64,000 nt of DNA from Candidatus Methanomethylophilaceae archaeon (GTDB taxonomy: Archaea; Thermoplasmatota; Thermoplasmata; Methanomassiliicoccales; Methanomethylophilaceae): positions 7,390-71,389 of the forward strand of contig JBMNQN010000005.1 in assembly GCA_050944155.1 (NCBI GenBank), given 5' to 3'. The notes beneath the pieces are model-generated. The model did no database searches. It saw only the letters and a program-made list of their open reading frames with translations, and was not told where the DNA came from. The translations under genes and the position numbers were made by a program. Below are positions 27,998-37,676 of the stretch, piece by piece (within the stretch, counting starts at the first letter, position 1; each line of letters starts with the position of its first letter).

Positions 27998-28764
27998 GAC
28001 TGTTTCCCGGATGTACGGTAAATTCCAGACTTCCCTTTGTGGAGTCCGCGGTACGGTATACGGCAAACGTTCTGGGCGAAGAAATCCCCCCGTCCGGATG
28101 CAACATATGCTGTTTCGAACCTTCGGGACTGAAATCCATGAACCCCGAAATGTGGCTGGACGTAGGCAGTCTGATACATTCAGAATACGCCGGCGAAAAA
28201 CTCGTTACATTATGCGAAGGGTGCAACCTTTCCCTCACTTCTTCCGGAGAGATACTTTCGACAGAGGAAGGGCGGGACGCTGCGTCAGCGAGACTGAAAA
28301 TCGTGAATGCGGAATACGGGGTGGCGGAAGTAAACGGTCTGCTGGAATTTCTTTATGAAAACAAAGACAAAATCAGAAGTCTGGCACATCCATATTCATA
28401 CGGCACTGCGGCGGTATTTCCCGGATGCCACGGCGAATATGCCTACGGCAGAAGGGGACGCAAGGCCGGGGAAATGATGTCCGAAATTCTCGAGTCGATA
28501 GGGTGCGACAGCGTCGAACCGAAGAAACCCATGTGCTGCGGAGGAGGGCTGCAGGGTGTGGACGATAAAATCGCCTCGGAAATACTGGAAGAAACCGTCG
28601 GAGAGTTCCGCAGGACCGCGGACTTCGCGGTTGTTTCGTGCGTATTCTGCTTTCGCAGACTGGATATTTCCGCGAAATATCCCGTGATGCACATCTCGGA
28701 AATCGTCGCCCGTTCCCTGGGTTGGGACGAAGACATGTCCCCCTACCGCAGAACCCCGCTTTAA
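27994..28764 (+). CDS. HdrB-like protein with two complete CCG domains
   Basis: GTG 27994 overlaps the hdrC-like TGA (GTGA), with SD GGAGGG 7 nt upstream. Domain 1 reads C-x31-CC-x33-CxxC and domain 2 reads C-x35-CCG-x33-CxxC, counted from the translation. Confidence 0.75.
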   Translation: MRLFPGCTVNSRLPFVESAVRYTANVLGEEIPPSGCNICCFEPSGLKSMNPEMWLDVGSLIHSEYAGEKLVTLCEGCNLSLTSSGEILSTEEGRDAASARLKIVNAEYGVAEVNGLLEFLYENKDKIRSLAHPYSYGTAAVFPGCHGEYAYGRRGRKAGEMMSEILESIGCDSVEPKKPMCCGGGLQGVDDKIASEILEETVGEFRRTADFAVVSCVFCFRRLDISAKYPVMHISEIVARSLGWDEDMSPYRRTPL

Positions 28765-29570
28765 TCCAAATCCATGGAAAACTGCACGGCTCTGACGGAA
28801 TGTGTAAGGGAACCCATCGAAATCAGATCGGCGCATCCGTATTCGGCAACGTTGTCCAAGGTTATGTTTCCGGAAGCTTCTACGAGAATGCGGGGATTGA
28901 TTTTTCTGACCGCGTCCCTGAGTGCGGGTATGTCTTCCGGCGGCATGTTGTCCGCCATGATTATGTCCGCGCCCATCTCCGCCGCGGTGACGGCGTCTTC
29001 CGCGGAGCCGACTTCAACCTCGATCTTGAACTGAAACGGAGCCTTCGAAACCTTTTCCATTGCCCCGCGGACGGAACCGCAGGTTTTGATGTGATTGTCT
29101 TTTATGAGAATCATGTCGTCCAAACAGAACCTGTGGCACTCTCCGCCTCCGAGGGCTACGGCCTTCTTTTCGTATTTGCGGAAGCCGGGCGTGGTTTTCC
29201 TGGTTCCGCAGACCTTCGCTTCGGATCCTGCGGATTTCAGAATCTCGTTCGCTTCGGATACCGCCGTTGCGATGCCGCTCATTCTCATAAGGAAGTTCAG
29301 CGCCGTGCGTTCCGAAGTTATCAGCCCGCGGGCGGGTCCGCTTACGGACATTATTCTCGTTCCGGCTTTCACGTGGTCGCCGTCCTTCGCGAAAGAAGAG
29401 ACGTCGGCTCCGGCGATGGAAAATATTTCGGCGGCTTCTTCGACACCCGCAAGCACGGCGTCCTCTTCGCATACTATCGACGCCCTTCCGTTCACGTCGG
29501 GAACGGTGAGCTCGGCGGTTATGTCTCCCCTTCCGATGTCTTCTTTAAGAAAACGAATCAAATCGTTCAT
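28761..29570 (-). CDS. nadC: nicotinate-nucleotide diphosphorylase (quinolinate phosphoribosyltransferase)
   Basis: 269 aa with EDIGRGDIT, TRKTTPG and MLDN-type (IMADNM) blocks. Confidence 0.9.
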   Translation of the reverse strand: MNDLIRFLKEDIGRGDITAELTVPDVNGRASIVCEEDAVLAGVEEAAEIFSIAGADVSSFAKDGDHVKAGTRIMSVSGPARGLITSERTALNFLMRMSGIATAVSEANEILKSAGSEAKVCGTRKTTPGFRKYEKKAVALGGGECHRFCLDDMILIKDNHIKTCGSVRGAMEKVSKAPFQFKIEVEVGSAEDAVTAAEMGADIIMADNMPPEDIPALRDAVRKINPRILVEASGNITLDNVAEYGCADLISMGSLTHSVRAVQFSMDLD

Positions 29571-29571
29571 G

Positions 29572-30807
29572 TTAGACCTCTAATTCGAACACTTCGTCGG
29601 GGGACGGGAGTATAACGTTGTAATCCTGCAGGTCGGGCAGGAAAAGATCCCTGGTTTCCGAGTGCATAATCACTACGTTTTCCGGGTCGCACCGTTTTAC
29701 GAAGTCCACTATCTCGCTGTGATCAGCGTGGGCGGAGAAATCGTATCTCTGGATTTCGCATTCTATTTTGTACGCTTCTCCGTCAATTACCATGCTGCGC
29801 TGTTCCAGCAGCATCCTTCCGTTTGTGTCTTCGGCCTGGAATCCCACGAGAAGTATGGCGCTGTTGGGATCGTTTTTCACTCTGTCGATGTATCCCAGAA
29901 CTGGCCCTCCGTCCAGCATTCCGCCGGTCGTGACGATTATCTGACCCTTTGCCGCCTGGGCTCTCATGCGGGTGTTTTTGACGGTGTTGAAGTTTCTTTT
30001 CGCGGATTTGAGTCTCTTGACGTCGCGCAGGTATTCGGGATAGTCCAGGAACATGCGCGTCACCGTTCTGCCCATTCCGTCAACCCACATCTCGTAACCC
30101 AGATCTTTGAGGAGAAGCATTATTTCCTGCGTTCTTCCCACTGCGAAACACGGAATGATGCACGTGCCTCCCCTTTCCACGACCTGCCTCACCTTGTCGA
30201 GGAACTGAAGTTCGGTCGTTTTGCGGTCGGGGTGGTTTCTTCCTCCGTAAGTGCCTTCGATGAACAGATTTTCGCATTTTATGGGTTCGGCGCCGGAAAC
30301 CAGGCGCTGGTCCGCCGTGTGCAGATCCCCGGTATAGAGGGTGGTCGTATCTCCTTCGAAAAGGAACATAGTAGCGCCTGGAATGTGTCCCGCACTGTAG
30401 AGCGTAATGTCCGCGCCTCCGATTTCGATTGTGTCTCCGAAAGTCAGCGGTACGACGCTTCTCATGGTACGGTCGATATCCGCCGACGTGTAAGGCAGGG
30501 GGTAATTTTCGGCTCTGGCTATCTTAAGCGAATCGTTCATCATCAGCTCGGAAACTTCCGCCGTGAGAGGGGTGGCAAAAAGTTCGGCATGCTGTCTTCC
30601 GCATACGGAAGGTACCATTCCGCAGTGATCCAGGTGACTGTGGGTAAGGAACACGTGATCGACCCGCGGGGCGGGAAGGGGGTACTCGGGAGGTTTGGTC
30701 GGTCCCATTCCGTATTCGACGAGAACGGTTTTGCGCGGTCCCTCCATTACCATACCCATGCGGCCCACTGTGTCGGCACCGCCTAAAAATCGGTATTTTG
30801 TTTTCAT
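29572..30807 (-). CDS. metallo-beta-lactamase / beta-CASP ribonuclease (aCPSF2-like)
   Basis: 411 aa with the HxHxDH motif (THSHLDHCG) and beta-CASP-like middle and C-terminal segments (...FSAHAD...). Confidence 0.8.
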   Translation of the reverse strand: MKTKYRFLGGADTVGRMGMVMEGPRKTVLVEYGMGPTKPPEYPLPAPRVDHVFLTHSHLDHCGMVPSVCGRQHAELFATPLTAEVSELMMNDSLKIARAENYPLPYTSADIDRTMRSVVPLTFGDTIEIGGADITLYSAGHIPGATMFLFEGDTTTLYTGDLHTADQRLVSGAEPIKCENLFIEGTYGGRNHPDRKTTELQFLDKVRQVVERGGTCIIPCFAVGRTQEIMLLLKDLGYEMWVDGMGRTVTRMFLDYPEYLRDVKRLKSAKRNFNTVKNTRMRAQAAKGQIIVTTGGMLDGGPVLGYIDRVKNDPNSAILLVGFQAEDTNGRMLLEQRSMVIDGEAYKIECEIQRYDFSAHADHSEIVDFVKRCDPENVVIMHSETRDLFLPDLQDYNVILPSPDEVFELEV

Positions 30808-31005
30808 GTTATCTTTTCCTTGTGTTGCCGTAGGCTGTAAAAAGAGGGACCCAACGGTCTCCCTTTGACTGTGAACAGAGACCGCAGGGGCCTCGATTGG
30901 CTATCCCGTCACGGTATATTTATCTTATCAGCGGCGCCGTCCGTCCGAGGGACCGTTTTTTCAATGTGCCACAAATTTAATTACTATCACCGCGTAACAA
31001 GTTTT

Positions 31006-32091
31006 ATGGGATACACTCGCACGAAGGCGGGATACTTCGGAGTCTTCGGAATACTCGCCGCAATAGTTTACGTTGCCGTGTTTTACACGGCTTCGGGATC
31101 GGTAAGCAACTGGACATTCGGATCGAGTGATACGTCCGTTTTCATGGAGATTGAAAGTTACAGGTACGGTCTGATGGCCGCGGGAACGCTCGGGGCTCTT
31201 TTCGGCCTGGGATTCATAGCCCGCAGAGACAACGCGGCGCAGATAATCGGCGGAATAACCGCAGTTTTCGCGGGACTGACGCTCGTTATCGTAGGGTATC
31301 AGGCACCGTCCGTAAAAGATAATTTCATTCTGATATTTTCGGCGCTTCTGATTCTCACCGCGCTTCTCGACGCAGTCTCGGAAGCGCTGAACGGACAGTA
31401 CATTTCGCTTGTAATTTCTCTGGTACTGGCAATTATTATGGCCGCGATGTATTACTTCAATACGATGTACGGCGCGGCATTCATAATCACCGCGCTGATT
31501 TGGCTACTGTTTTCGTCGCTGATTATGATCGTATACAATTCCGACCCGGATTCGGTTCCGTCGGGACGCAGAAAGAAAGATAATGCCATGACTCCGGAAG
31601 AGGCCCGTAAAGCCGAACTCAAAGCCAGAAGGGAAAAAAGGGCAGAGGCGAGGGCCGTTCAGCAGAAGTCCGCCGAGAAAAATTCGGAAAAAGAGTCCGG
31701 GAAAACAGAGGCCGTTCCGCGGGAACGGAGTTTCGAAGAAAACACCGAAAACGAATCCGAGGAAACTTACGATGTCGGCGAAGATATCTACACCGACACG
31801 TCCCCGGAAGCTCTCGTGAGAAGAGCGACGTGGAACAAGGGACTCAGATGCAGAAGGGACCACGGAAAATACGGCATTCCCGTAGCGTTCGTGGGAGCCA
31901 AGGTCGCCGTCTACGTCGTGCCCCGGGATACGGAGATCCCGGCAGAAGAAAAACTGAAATCCGAAGGATGGACGGTTTTCGTGTTCGACGAAGAAGAAGT
32001 GACGGACGGCGAGGCACAGGCGGAAATTGTCTTCGAAAAGGTCAAAGAAAAGGAGAAATCCAAAAAATCCAAGAAAAAATCCAAGAAATGA
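31006..32091 (+). CDS. membrane protein (about 6 TM) with charged linker and small C-terminal globular domain
   Basis: ATG 31006 is preferred; the track start TTG 30865 would run through a TATA-like, AT-rich promoter region. Lys/Glu-rich linker, then ...GIPVAFVGAKVAVYVVP...EGWTVFVFDEEEV... (weak resemblance to Vsr/DUF559-type endonuclease folds, catalytic residues not evident), then a KSKK tail. Confidence 0.5.
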   Translation: MGYTRTKAGYFGVFGILAAIVYVAVFYTASGSVSNWTFGSSDTSVFMEIESYRYGLMAAGTLGALFGLGFIARRDNAAQIIGGITAVFAGLTLVIVGYQAPSVKDNFILIFSALLILTALLDAVSEALNGQYISLVISLVLAIIMAAMYYFNTMYGAAFIITALIWLLFSSLIMIVYNSDPDSVPSGRRKKDNAMTPEEARKAELKARREKRAEARAVQQKSAEKNSEKESGKTEAVPRERSFEENTENESEETYDVGEDIYTDTSPEALVRRATWNKGLRCRRDHGKYGIPVAFVGAKVAVYVVPRDTEIPAEEKLKSEGWTVFVFDEEEVTDGEAQAEIVFEKVKEKEKSKKSKKKSKK

Positions 32092-32165
32092 GCCAGCACC
32101 AGCCCCCGTTCTGACAGAAACGGCAGAAAGTTATTAAGTCAACATGCGTCTATGACGGAAAGGGG

Positions 32166-32954
32166 ATGCACATGACCGGCAGGTTTGCAGTATTTGCGGA
32201 AAAATTGGACGGTACCGGCTCGGCCGGCAGACCGTACGATTCATGCAGGGCAGTATTTGCCGGCTTCATCCTCGCCTCCGTTCTCTGGTGGATTCCCGTA
32301 CTGGGTCCGGCCGTGGCGGGATACTATTCCGGGCGCAAATCCGGTTCCTTTTTCAAAGGCGCGCTGTCTTCCGCGTTCGCCGGCGGTGTTCTTATCGGCC
32401 TGGTAATGCTGATTTCGCATTTTCTGCTGATTCCGGCGGGATTTCCTTCGGTATCCGCGGATGCGGCCGCCGGAACTCTTACTGGATTCGGCGCTTACGC
32501 GGGCACGTATCTTACGTATTTCTACGCCGAAGGTTCGTCCGAAATATATCTTACGGCTTACGGCGTGATGGTGGCTTTCGGCTGTATCGGCGGTATGCTT
32601 TCGATGCAGGTCCGCCGCGAAACCGCAGCGCTTCTGGCAACCGGAGCAGTGGAAGGAGCCATCAGACCCCTTTCTAGGTCCGCCGCTCTGTACGAAAAGG
32701 GCAAGACTCTCGGTTTCGAATCCTACAACGACTGTATCACGTCTTCGGAAGTATCGGTCAACGCGATGGAAGAAGAGGTTTCCGCCCCCGAACCGTTCCT
32801 TAAAAAGAGACCGGCGGCTTCGGCGGTTCAGACCGTAACGACCACCGTGGGGGAAAATCCGTCGGTAACCGTCTCCTCCTCTTCCGAGAAGAGCCAGAGC
32901 CCCTTCGCCGATATTCTGAGACGTACGGAAGTCCGCGACGACGACAAAGAATAA
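32166..32954 (+). CDS. membrane protein (DUF5518-like N-terminus) with Ser/Thr-rich tail
   Basis: 262 aa with WWIPVLGPAVAGYYSGRKSG and further TM segments. An alternative start is ATG 32172. Confidence 0.5.
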   Translation: MHMTGRFAVFAEKLDGTGSAGRPYDSCRAVFAGFILASVLWWIPVLGPAVAGYYSGRKSGSFFKGALSSAFAGGVLIGLVMLISHFLLIPAGFPSVSADAAAGTLTGFGAYAGTYLTYFYAEGSSEIYLTAYGVMVAFGCIGGMLSMQVRRETAALLATGAVEGAIRPLSRSAALYEKGKTLGFESYNDCITSSEVSVNAMEEEVSAPEPFLKKRPAASAVQTVTTTVGENPSVTVSSSSEKSQSPFADILRRTEVRDDDKE

Positions 32955-33040
32955 GGATTACCCGTCTGTTTTATTCCAGTTCGGGCGCGCATCGGAACAA
33001 ATTTTTATACAGATACCCATTGAGGGACAGTGGTGAAAGA

Positions 33041-33340
33041 TTGTTCTGTTCTGTATGCGGTTCATTGATGTTCCCGAAGGAAGGGAAGCATGTCTGCTGT
33101 TCATGCGGCAACGAGGTCGAAATCGAGGGGTCGCACATTATCGTTACCGGCTCCGTCGACAAGGAAATAACGGTTATCGGGGACGAAGATAAAGCAACAC
33201 TCCCCAAAACCCGTATCGAGTGTCCCGAGTGCGGACACACCGAGGCATATTTCGTGATAAGGCAAACCCGTGCGGCGGATGAACCCGAAACCAGAATATA
33301 TCGTTGCTGCAAGTGCAATCACTCTTGGAGAGAGTATTGA
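33041..33340 (+). CDS. tfs: transcription elongation/cleavage factor TFS (RpoM family)
   Basis: Two Zn ribbons: CSVCGSLM...CCSCG and CPECGHTEAYF...RCCKCNHSW, with the acidic loop RAADE. A TTG start at 33041 gives MFCSVCG; TTG 33020 is the alternative. Confidence 0.9.
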   Translation: MFCSVCGSLMFPKEGKHVCCSCGNEVEIEGSHIIVTGSVDKEITVIGDEDKATLPKTRIECPECGHTEAYFVIRQTRAADEPETRIYRCCKCNHSWREY

Positions 33341-33354
33341 AAATTGGTGATGCA

Positions 33355-34092
33355 ATGTTCAAAGCAGAGATAAAGTCGGACGTACTGAAAGGGTTGGTAA
33401 ACATCATATCCACACTCGTGGACGAAGTGAAATTCAGCGTAGATCCCGAGGGCCTGAGCCTTAAGGCCGTAGACTCTGCGCACGTGGCTATGATGGAGCT
33501 CCGCGTAGGTTCCGGCGCCTTCGAATCCTATTCCGCGGACGAAACCGAAATCGGACTCGACCTGGACAAGGTGAAAAGCGTGCTCAAACTCGCGTCTTCC
33601 GGCGATATCATAACCATGGAACAGGACAACGATCACGGAAGACTGATTTTCAAAGTCGGCAATATCACCCGTCGCATGCACCTGGTGGACACTTCCGGAA
33701 TGAGCGACCCGAAAGTTCCGCAGCTGTCTCTCTCCGCAAAAATCAGAATCAAAGTGGACGAACTCCAACAGGGAATCCGTGCATCCGAGTCGATATCCGA
33801 CCACATAACGCTTACGGCAGGTCCGGAGGGATTCGAACTGTCCTGCGAAGGCGACACGGACTCGGCGAGTCTTTTCGTCCAGAAAGACAAATTGGAGAGT
33901 CTGGAAACCGACGGAGTCTACCGCAGCATGTTCCCTCTGGATTATTTCGCGAATCTGGTCAAAGCCATACCCGCGGGAACCGACGTGGATATCGAGTTGG
34001 ACAAAGACTATCCGATAAACATGAAATTCGACATGGCCGACGGCAACGGTCACGTAGACTACCTGCTCGCCCCCAGGATAGAGAGCGACTGA
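33355..34092 (+). CDS. pcn: DNA polymerase sliding clamp PCNA
   Basis: Starts at internal ATG 33355 (MFKAEIKSDVLKGLVNIISTLVDEVKF...). 245 aa, typical archaeal PCNA. Confidence 0.9.
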   Translation: MFKAEIKSDVLKGLVNIISTLVDEVKFSVDPEGLSLKAVDSAHVAMMELRVGSGAFESYSADETEIGLDLDKVKSVLKLASSGDIITMEQDNDHGRLIFKVGNITRRMHLVDTSGMSDPKVPQLSLSAKIRIKVDELQQGIRASESISDHITLTAGPEGFELSCEGDTDSASLFVQKDKLESLETDGVYRSMFPLDYFANLVKAIPAGTDVDIELDKDYPINMKFDMADGNGHVDYLLAPRIESD

Positions 34093-34105
34093 TGCAGGTG
34101 TTCGG

Positions 34106-34942
34106 GTGACCCGCAGCGAGAACGAACTGAAAAAAATCGCCGACAAACTCAGACTCGACGTAATCGAGATGACGTCCGCAGCCGGTTCGGGGCATCCCGG
34201 AGGCTCTCTTTCTTCCGCGGAACTCATGGCCGTCCTCTACTTCAGGGTCATGAAGCACCGCCCCTCCGATCCTGAATGGGACGGAAGGGACAGATTCGTA
34301 CTTTCGAAAGGTCACGTGGCCCCGATTCTTTACGCCGCTCTCGCCGAATCCGGATATTTCCCGAGAGAGGAGCTTCTTACGCTCAGAAAACTCGGAAGCA
34401 GACTGCAGGGCCATCCGGTCCGCGGCAAACTTCCCGGAATCGAAATGTCCACGGGATCGCTGGGTCAGGGACTCAGTATGAGCTGCGGGCTTGCTCTGGC
34501 GGCAAAAATGGACGGCAAAAAACACAAAGTGTACTGCCTTCTGGGCGACGGAGAACTGCAGAGCGGAATGAACTGGGAGGCAGCGATGTTCGCTTCCCAA
34601 TACAAACTCGGAAATCTTATCGCGTTCGTGGACCGCAACCGTCTGCAGATAACCGGTACCACGGACGAAGTGATGAGCATAGAACCTCTTGCACGCAAAT
34701 TCGAATCCTTCGGATGGAAAACCATTATGATAGACGGCCACAGCATTCCGGCAATCATCAAAGCGTGCGGAATAGCCAGAAGATCGCGCACGGTTCCCAC
34801 GGTAATCATAATGAACACCGTGAAAGGGAAAGGCGTTTCGTTCATGGAGAACAACGCGGGATTCCACGGAAGGAGCTGCAATCCCGAAGAGTTCTGCTGT
34901 GCGGAAAACGAAATCAAAGAACGGATGGAGATGAAATGCTGA
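34106..34942 (+). CDS. transketolase, N-terminal (TPP-binding) subunit
   Basis: 278 aa with a GTG start. SGHPGGSLS, LGDGELQSGMNWEA. Confidence 0.9.
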   Translation: MTRSENELKKIADKLRLDVIEMTSAAGSGHPGGSLSSAELMAVLYFRVMKHRPSDPEWDGRDRFVLSKGHVAPILYAALAESGYFPREELLTLRKLGSRLQGHPVRGKLPGIEMSTGSLGQGLSMSCGLALAAKMDGKKHKVYCLLGDGELQSGMNWEAAMFASQYKLGNLIAFVDRNRLQITGTTDEVMSIEPLARKFESFGWKTIMIDGHSIPAIIKACGIARRSRTVPTVIIMNTVKGKGVSFMENNAGFHGRSCNPEEFCCAENEIKERMEMKC

Positions 34943-35877
34943 ACCGGAAAATCGCACAGAGGGATTATTACGGTAAAGCCCTCAGACAGCTGGCGTCCCG
35001 CGACGACATCGTGGTATTGGACGCGGACCTCGCCGGTTCCACGAAAACTTCGGAATTCAGAAAAGTAAGGCCGGAGCATTTCATAGAGGTGGGAATCGCC
35101 GAGCAGAACATGATAGGCGTTGCTTCGGGTCTCGCGGCCGCGGGGAAAACGGTTTTCGCATCCACGTTCGGTGTTTTCGCCACGGGGAGATGCTGGGAGC
35201 AGGTACGTCTGGGAGTGGCGTACCCCGCGCTTGACGTAAAGATCGTTGCAACCCATTGCGGCATAAGTGTCGGAGAAGACGGAGCTTCCCACCAGGCTCT
35301 CGAAGACATGGCCATCATGCGCGCACTTCCGAATATGACGGTAATTTCTCCCGCAGACGCCTTCGAAACCTATGCGGCAACTATGGCCGCTGCGGACCAC
35401 CGCGGGCCGGTCTACATGAGACTCGGACGTTCGGCCGTACCCGTAGTAACGGAAGAAGGCGCAGAATTCGAGATAGGAAAATCAGCCGTTATGAGGGACG
35501 GTTCTGATGTGACTCTGTTTGCGACCGGTCAGATGACCGCGGGAAGCCTAGATGCGGCCGAAATGCTCGCGGAAGAAGGAATATCCGCCGAAGTCGTAAA
35601 CGTACCGACAATCAAACCTTTGGATTCCTACACGGTTCTTAAATCCGTAAGAAAAACCGGATGCGCCGTAACTTCCGAAGAACACAGCATAATCGGAGGG
35701 CTCGGTTCCGCGGTCTCCGAGACTCTTTCGGAAGAGTATCCCTGCCCCGTCGCAAGGGTCGGAACCAGAGATACCTTCGGGGAATCGGGAAGCCCCGACG
35801 AACTGTTCGAAAAGTACGGTCTCACCGCGAAAAACATAGCGGATGCCGCACGCGCCGTATTGAAGAGAAAGAGATGA
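34936..35877 (+). CDS. transketolase, C-terminal (pyrimidine-binding) subunit
   Basis: Starts at internal ATG 34936, overlapping the stop of the N-terminal subunit. [15 protein letters not shown]. Confidence 0.9.
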   Translation: MLNRKIAQRDYYGKALRQLASRDDIVVLDADLAGSTKTSEFRKVRPEHFIEVGIAEQNMIGVASGLAAAGKTVFASTFGVFATGRCWEQVRLGVAYPALDVKIVATHCGISVGEDGASHQALEDMAIMRALPNMTVISPADAFETYAATMAAADHRGPVYMRLGRSAVPVVTEEGAEFEIGKSAVMRDGSDVTLFATGQMTAGSLDAAEMLAEEGISAEVVNVPTIKPLDSYTVLKSVRKTGCAVTSEEHSIIGGLGSAVSETLSEEYPCPVARVGTRDTFGESGSPDELFEKYGLTAKNIADAARAVLKRKR

Positions 35878-35881
35878 TAAA

Positions 35882-36529
35882 ATGAAGATATTCATAGACA
35901 CAGCAAACCTCGACATGATCAGGGAAATCAACAGCTGGGGAATACTGGACGGTGTAACTACCAATCCCAGTCTGATAGCGAAAGAAGGCACCGACGTAAG
36001 AACCAGAGTAAAAGAAATCGCGAAGATAGTGGACGGTCCGATTTCCGCCGAGGCAATGTCTCCCAAGTGGGAGGATATGGTAAAGGAAGGCCGCGAACTT
36101 TCGAAAATCCACGAAAACATCAACGTCAAACTTCCCATGTGTGTGGATTCCCTGAAGGCGACCAAGGTTCTTTCTTCCGAAGGAATCGACGTAAACATGA
36201 CTCTGATATTTTCTCCGCAGCAGGCCCTTCTCGCCGCGAAAGCCGGTGCGAGATATGTTTCTCCGTTCGTCGGACGCCTGGACGACATAGGAATGTACGG
36301 AACAGATCTGCTAGGTCAGATATGCGGCGTTTTCGGCAATTACGATTACGACACGGAAGTAATAGCGGCAAGCATCAGAAGCCCCACCCATGTGTTGGAT
36401 GCGGCTTTGGCGGGATGCGACATCGCCACGATTCCCTACGACATTCTTCTGAAGATGGTCGCACATCCCAAGACGGACGAGGGCATCGCAAAATTCGTTT
36501 CGGATTACGAGAAATCCAAGAAGAAATGA
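35882..36529 (+). CDS. transaldolase / fructose-6-phosphate aldolase (short TalC/Fsa type)
   Basis: 215 aa with MKIFIDTAN...GVTTNPSL, a Schiff-base Lys context (NINVKLP) and SPFVGRLDD. Confidence 0.9.
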   Translation: MKIFIDTANLDMIREINSWGILDGVTTNPSLIAKEGTDVRTRVKEIAKIVDGPISAEAMSPKWEDMVKEGRELSKIHENINVKLPMCVDSLKATKVLSSEGIDVNMTLIFSPQQALLAAKAGARYVSPFVGRLDDIGMYGTDLLGQICGVFGNYDYDTEVIAASIRSPTHVLDAALAGCDIATIPYDILLKMVAHPKTDEGIAKFVSDYEKSKKK

Positions 36530-37671
36530 ACATGCGCGATACGGTCGTAATAGGGGGCGGCCCCGCCGGCAGCATGGCGGCCCGACTGCTCGCCCCGGAC
36601 CGCGACGTGCTGGTAATCGAAGAACATTCCTGTTCGGGAGAACCGGTTCAGTGTGCCGGGCTTCTCACCGACGAGGTTCTTTCCCTTTCCGGGGTACGTA
36701 CCGAGGTTCTCAACAGGATTTACGGTGCCAACGTATTTTTTCCCGGAGGGGGAGCAATAACCGTAAGATCGAAGAAACCCAAAGTCAACGTCATAGACAG
36801 GGCGGAGCTCGACAGACTCATGGCGGAAAAGGCTATGGATGCGGGCGCCGAATACCGTTACGGCGAGCGATATCTAAGCCACACGGTATCGAACAGAATA
36901 TCCGTGAAAACGGATTCCGGAACGGAAGACTGTTCTCTCCTGATCGGCGCGGACGGTCATTCTTCCAGAACCGCAATGACTCTCGGCGACAACAGACCCA
37001 GAGAGTATATACGCGGGTATCAGATGGACGTCAGGAAGACTTCCGGCGAGGAAGACATGATAAACATAAGGCTGGGTTCGGAAACGGCCCCCGGGTTCTT
37101 CTCCTGGGAAGTCCCCTTTGAAGACTGCATCAGAGTGGGACTTTGCACTTCATGGTCCGCGGGCCCTCCCTGGAACTATATGAAAAAGCTGCTGGCGGAA
37201 ACAGGATTGGACAAAGCGCCGGCTGTGAAAAAATACTGCGGAAAAATTCCGTTGGGCGGAAGACCCAGATCATACGGCGATCGCCTTATGCTTATAGGAG
37301 ACGCGGCAGGACAGGTCAAACCCGTTTCGGCGGGAGGACTCCATCCCGCATTCAAATCGGCTCCGTTTCTCAAGAAAACCGCGGACGAAGCCTTCGCTTC
37401 CGATGATTTTTCGGCAAAAGTTCTTTCGCGGTACGAAAAAGGCTGGAAAAAGGAAACGGGAAAAGAACTCCGCAGAGGATATGCGCTTAGGAAAGCCTTC
37501 AAAAAAATGAGCGATTCTGATTTGGACAAAGCTTACGGATTGGCGACCAGTGATTCGGTGCTCAATGCTCTGAACGACATAGATTTCGACAGACCCAGCA
37601 GCGTAATCGAGAATGTTCCGAAGAGAGATCTGATAAGGTTCCTTCCCTTTGCGCTGAAGGTGATTTTCTGA
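36526..37671 (+). CDS. geranylgeranyl reductase family flavoprotein
   Basis: Starts at internal ATG 36526 (ATGA overlap with the tal stop). FAD motif [13 protein letters not shown], conserved CAG, and [11 protein letters not shown]. Confidence 0.8.
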   Translation: MNMRDTVVIGGGPAGSMAARLLAPDRDVLVIEEHSCSGEPVQCAGLLTDEVLSLSGVRTEVLNRIYGANVFFPGGGAITVRSKKPKVNVIDRAELDRLMAEKAMDAGAEYRYGERYLSHTVSNRISVKTDSGTEDCSLLIGADGHSSRTAMTLGDNRPREYIRGYQMDVRKTSGEEDMINIRLGSETAPGFFSWEVPFEDCIRVGLCTSWSAGPPWNYMKKLLAETGLDKAPAVKKYCGKIPLGGRPRSYGDRLMLIGDAAGQVKPVSAGGLHPAFKSAPFLKKTADEAFASDDFSAKVLSRYEKGWKKETGKELRRGYALRKAFKKMSDSDLDKAYGLATSDSVLNALNDIDFDRPSSVIENVPKRDLIRFLPFALKVIF

Positions 37672-37676
37672 AAACC

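Noticed and set aside
30865-31005. TTG 30865 as the start of the membrane protein gene (track ORF of 408 aa).
   Set aside because: The first 47 codons cross AT-rich TATA-like sequences (GGTATATTTATC, AAATTTAATTAC) and a hairpin plus T-run (GTCC...GGAC CGTTTTTT). The hydrophobic protein begins plausibly at ATG 31006, about 25 nt after the second TATA-like box.
34276-34935. Long N-terminal extensions of track ORFs, for example 34276..35877, 36067..37671, 42421..44475, 39459..40610, 467..1630, 8869..9519, 51467..52249 and 27610..28764.
   Set aside because: The extensions run out of frame through the preceding, well-supported gene and translate to Arg/Gly-rich sequence. The recognisable protein begins at an internal ATG or GTG that overlaps or abuts the upstream stop.
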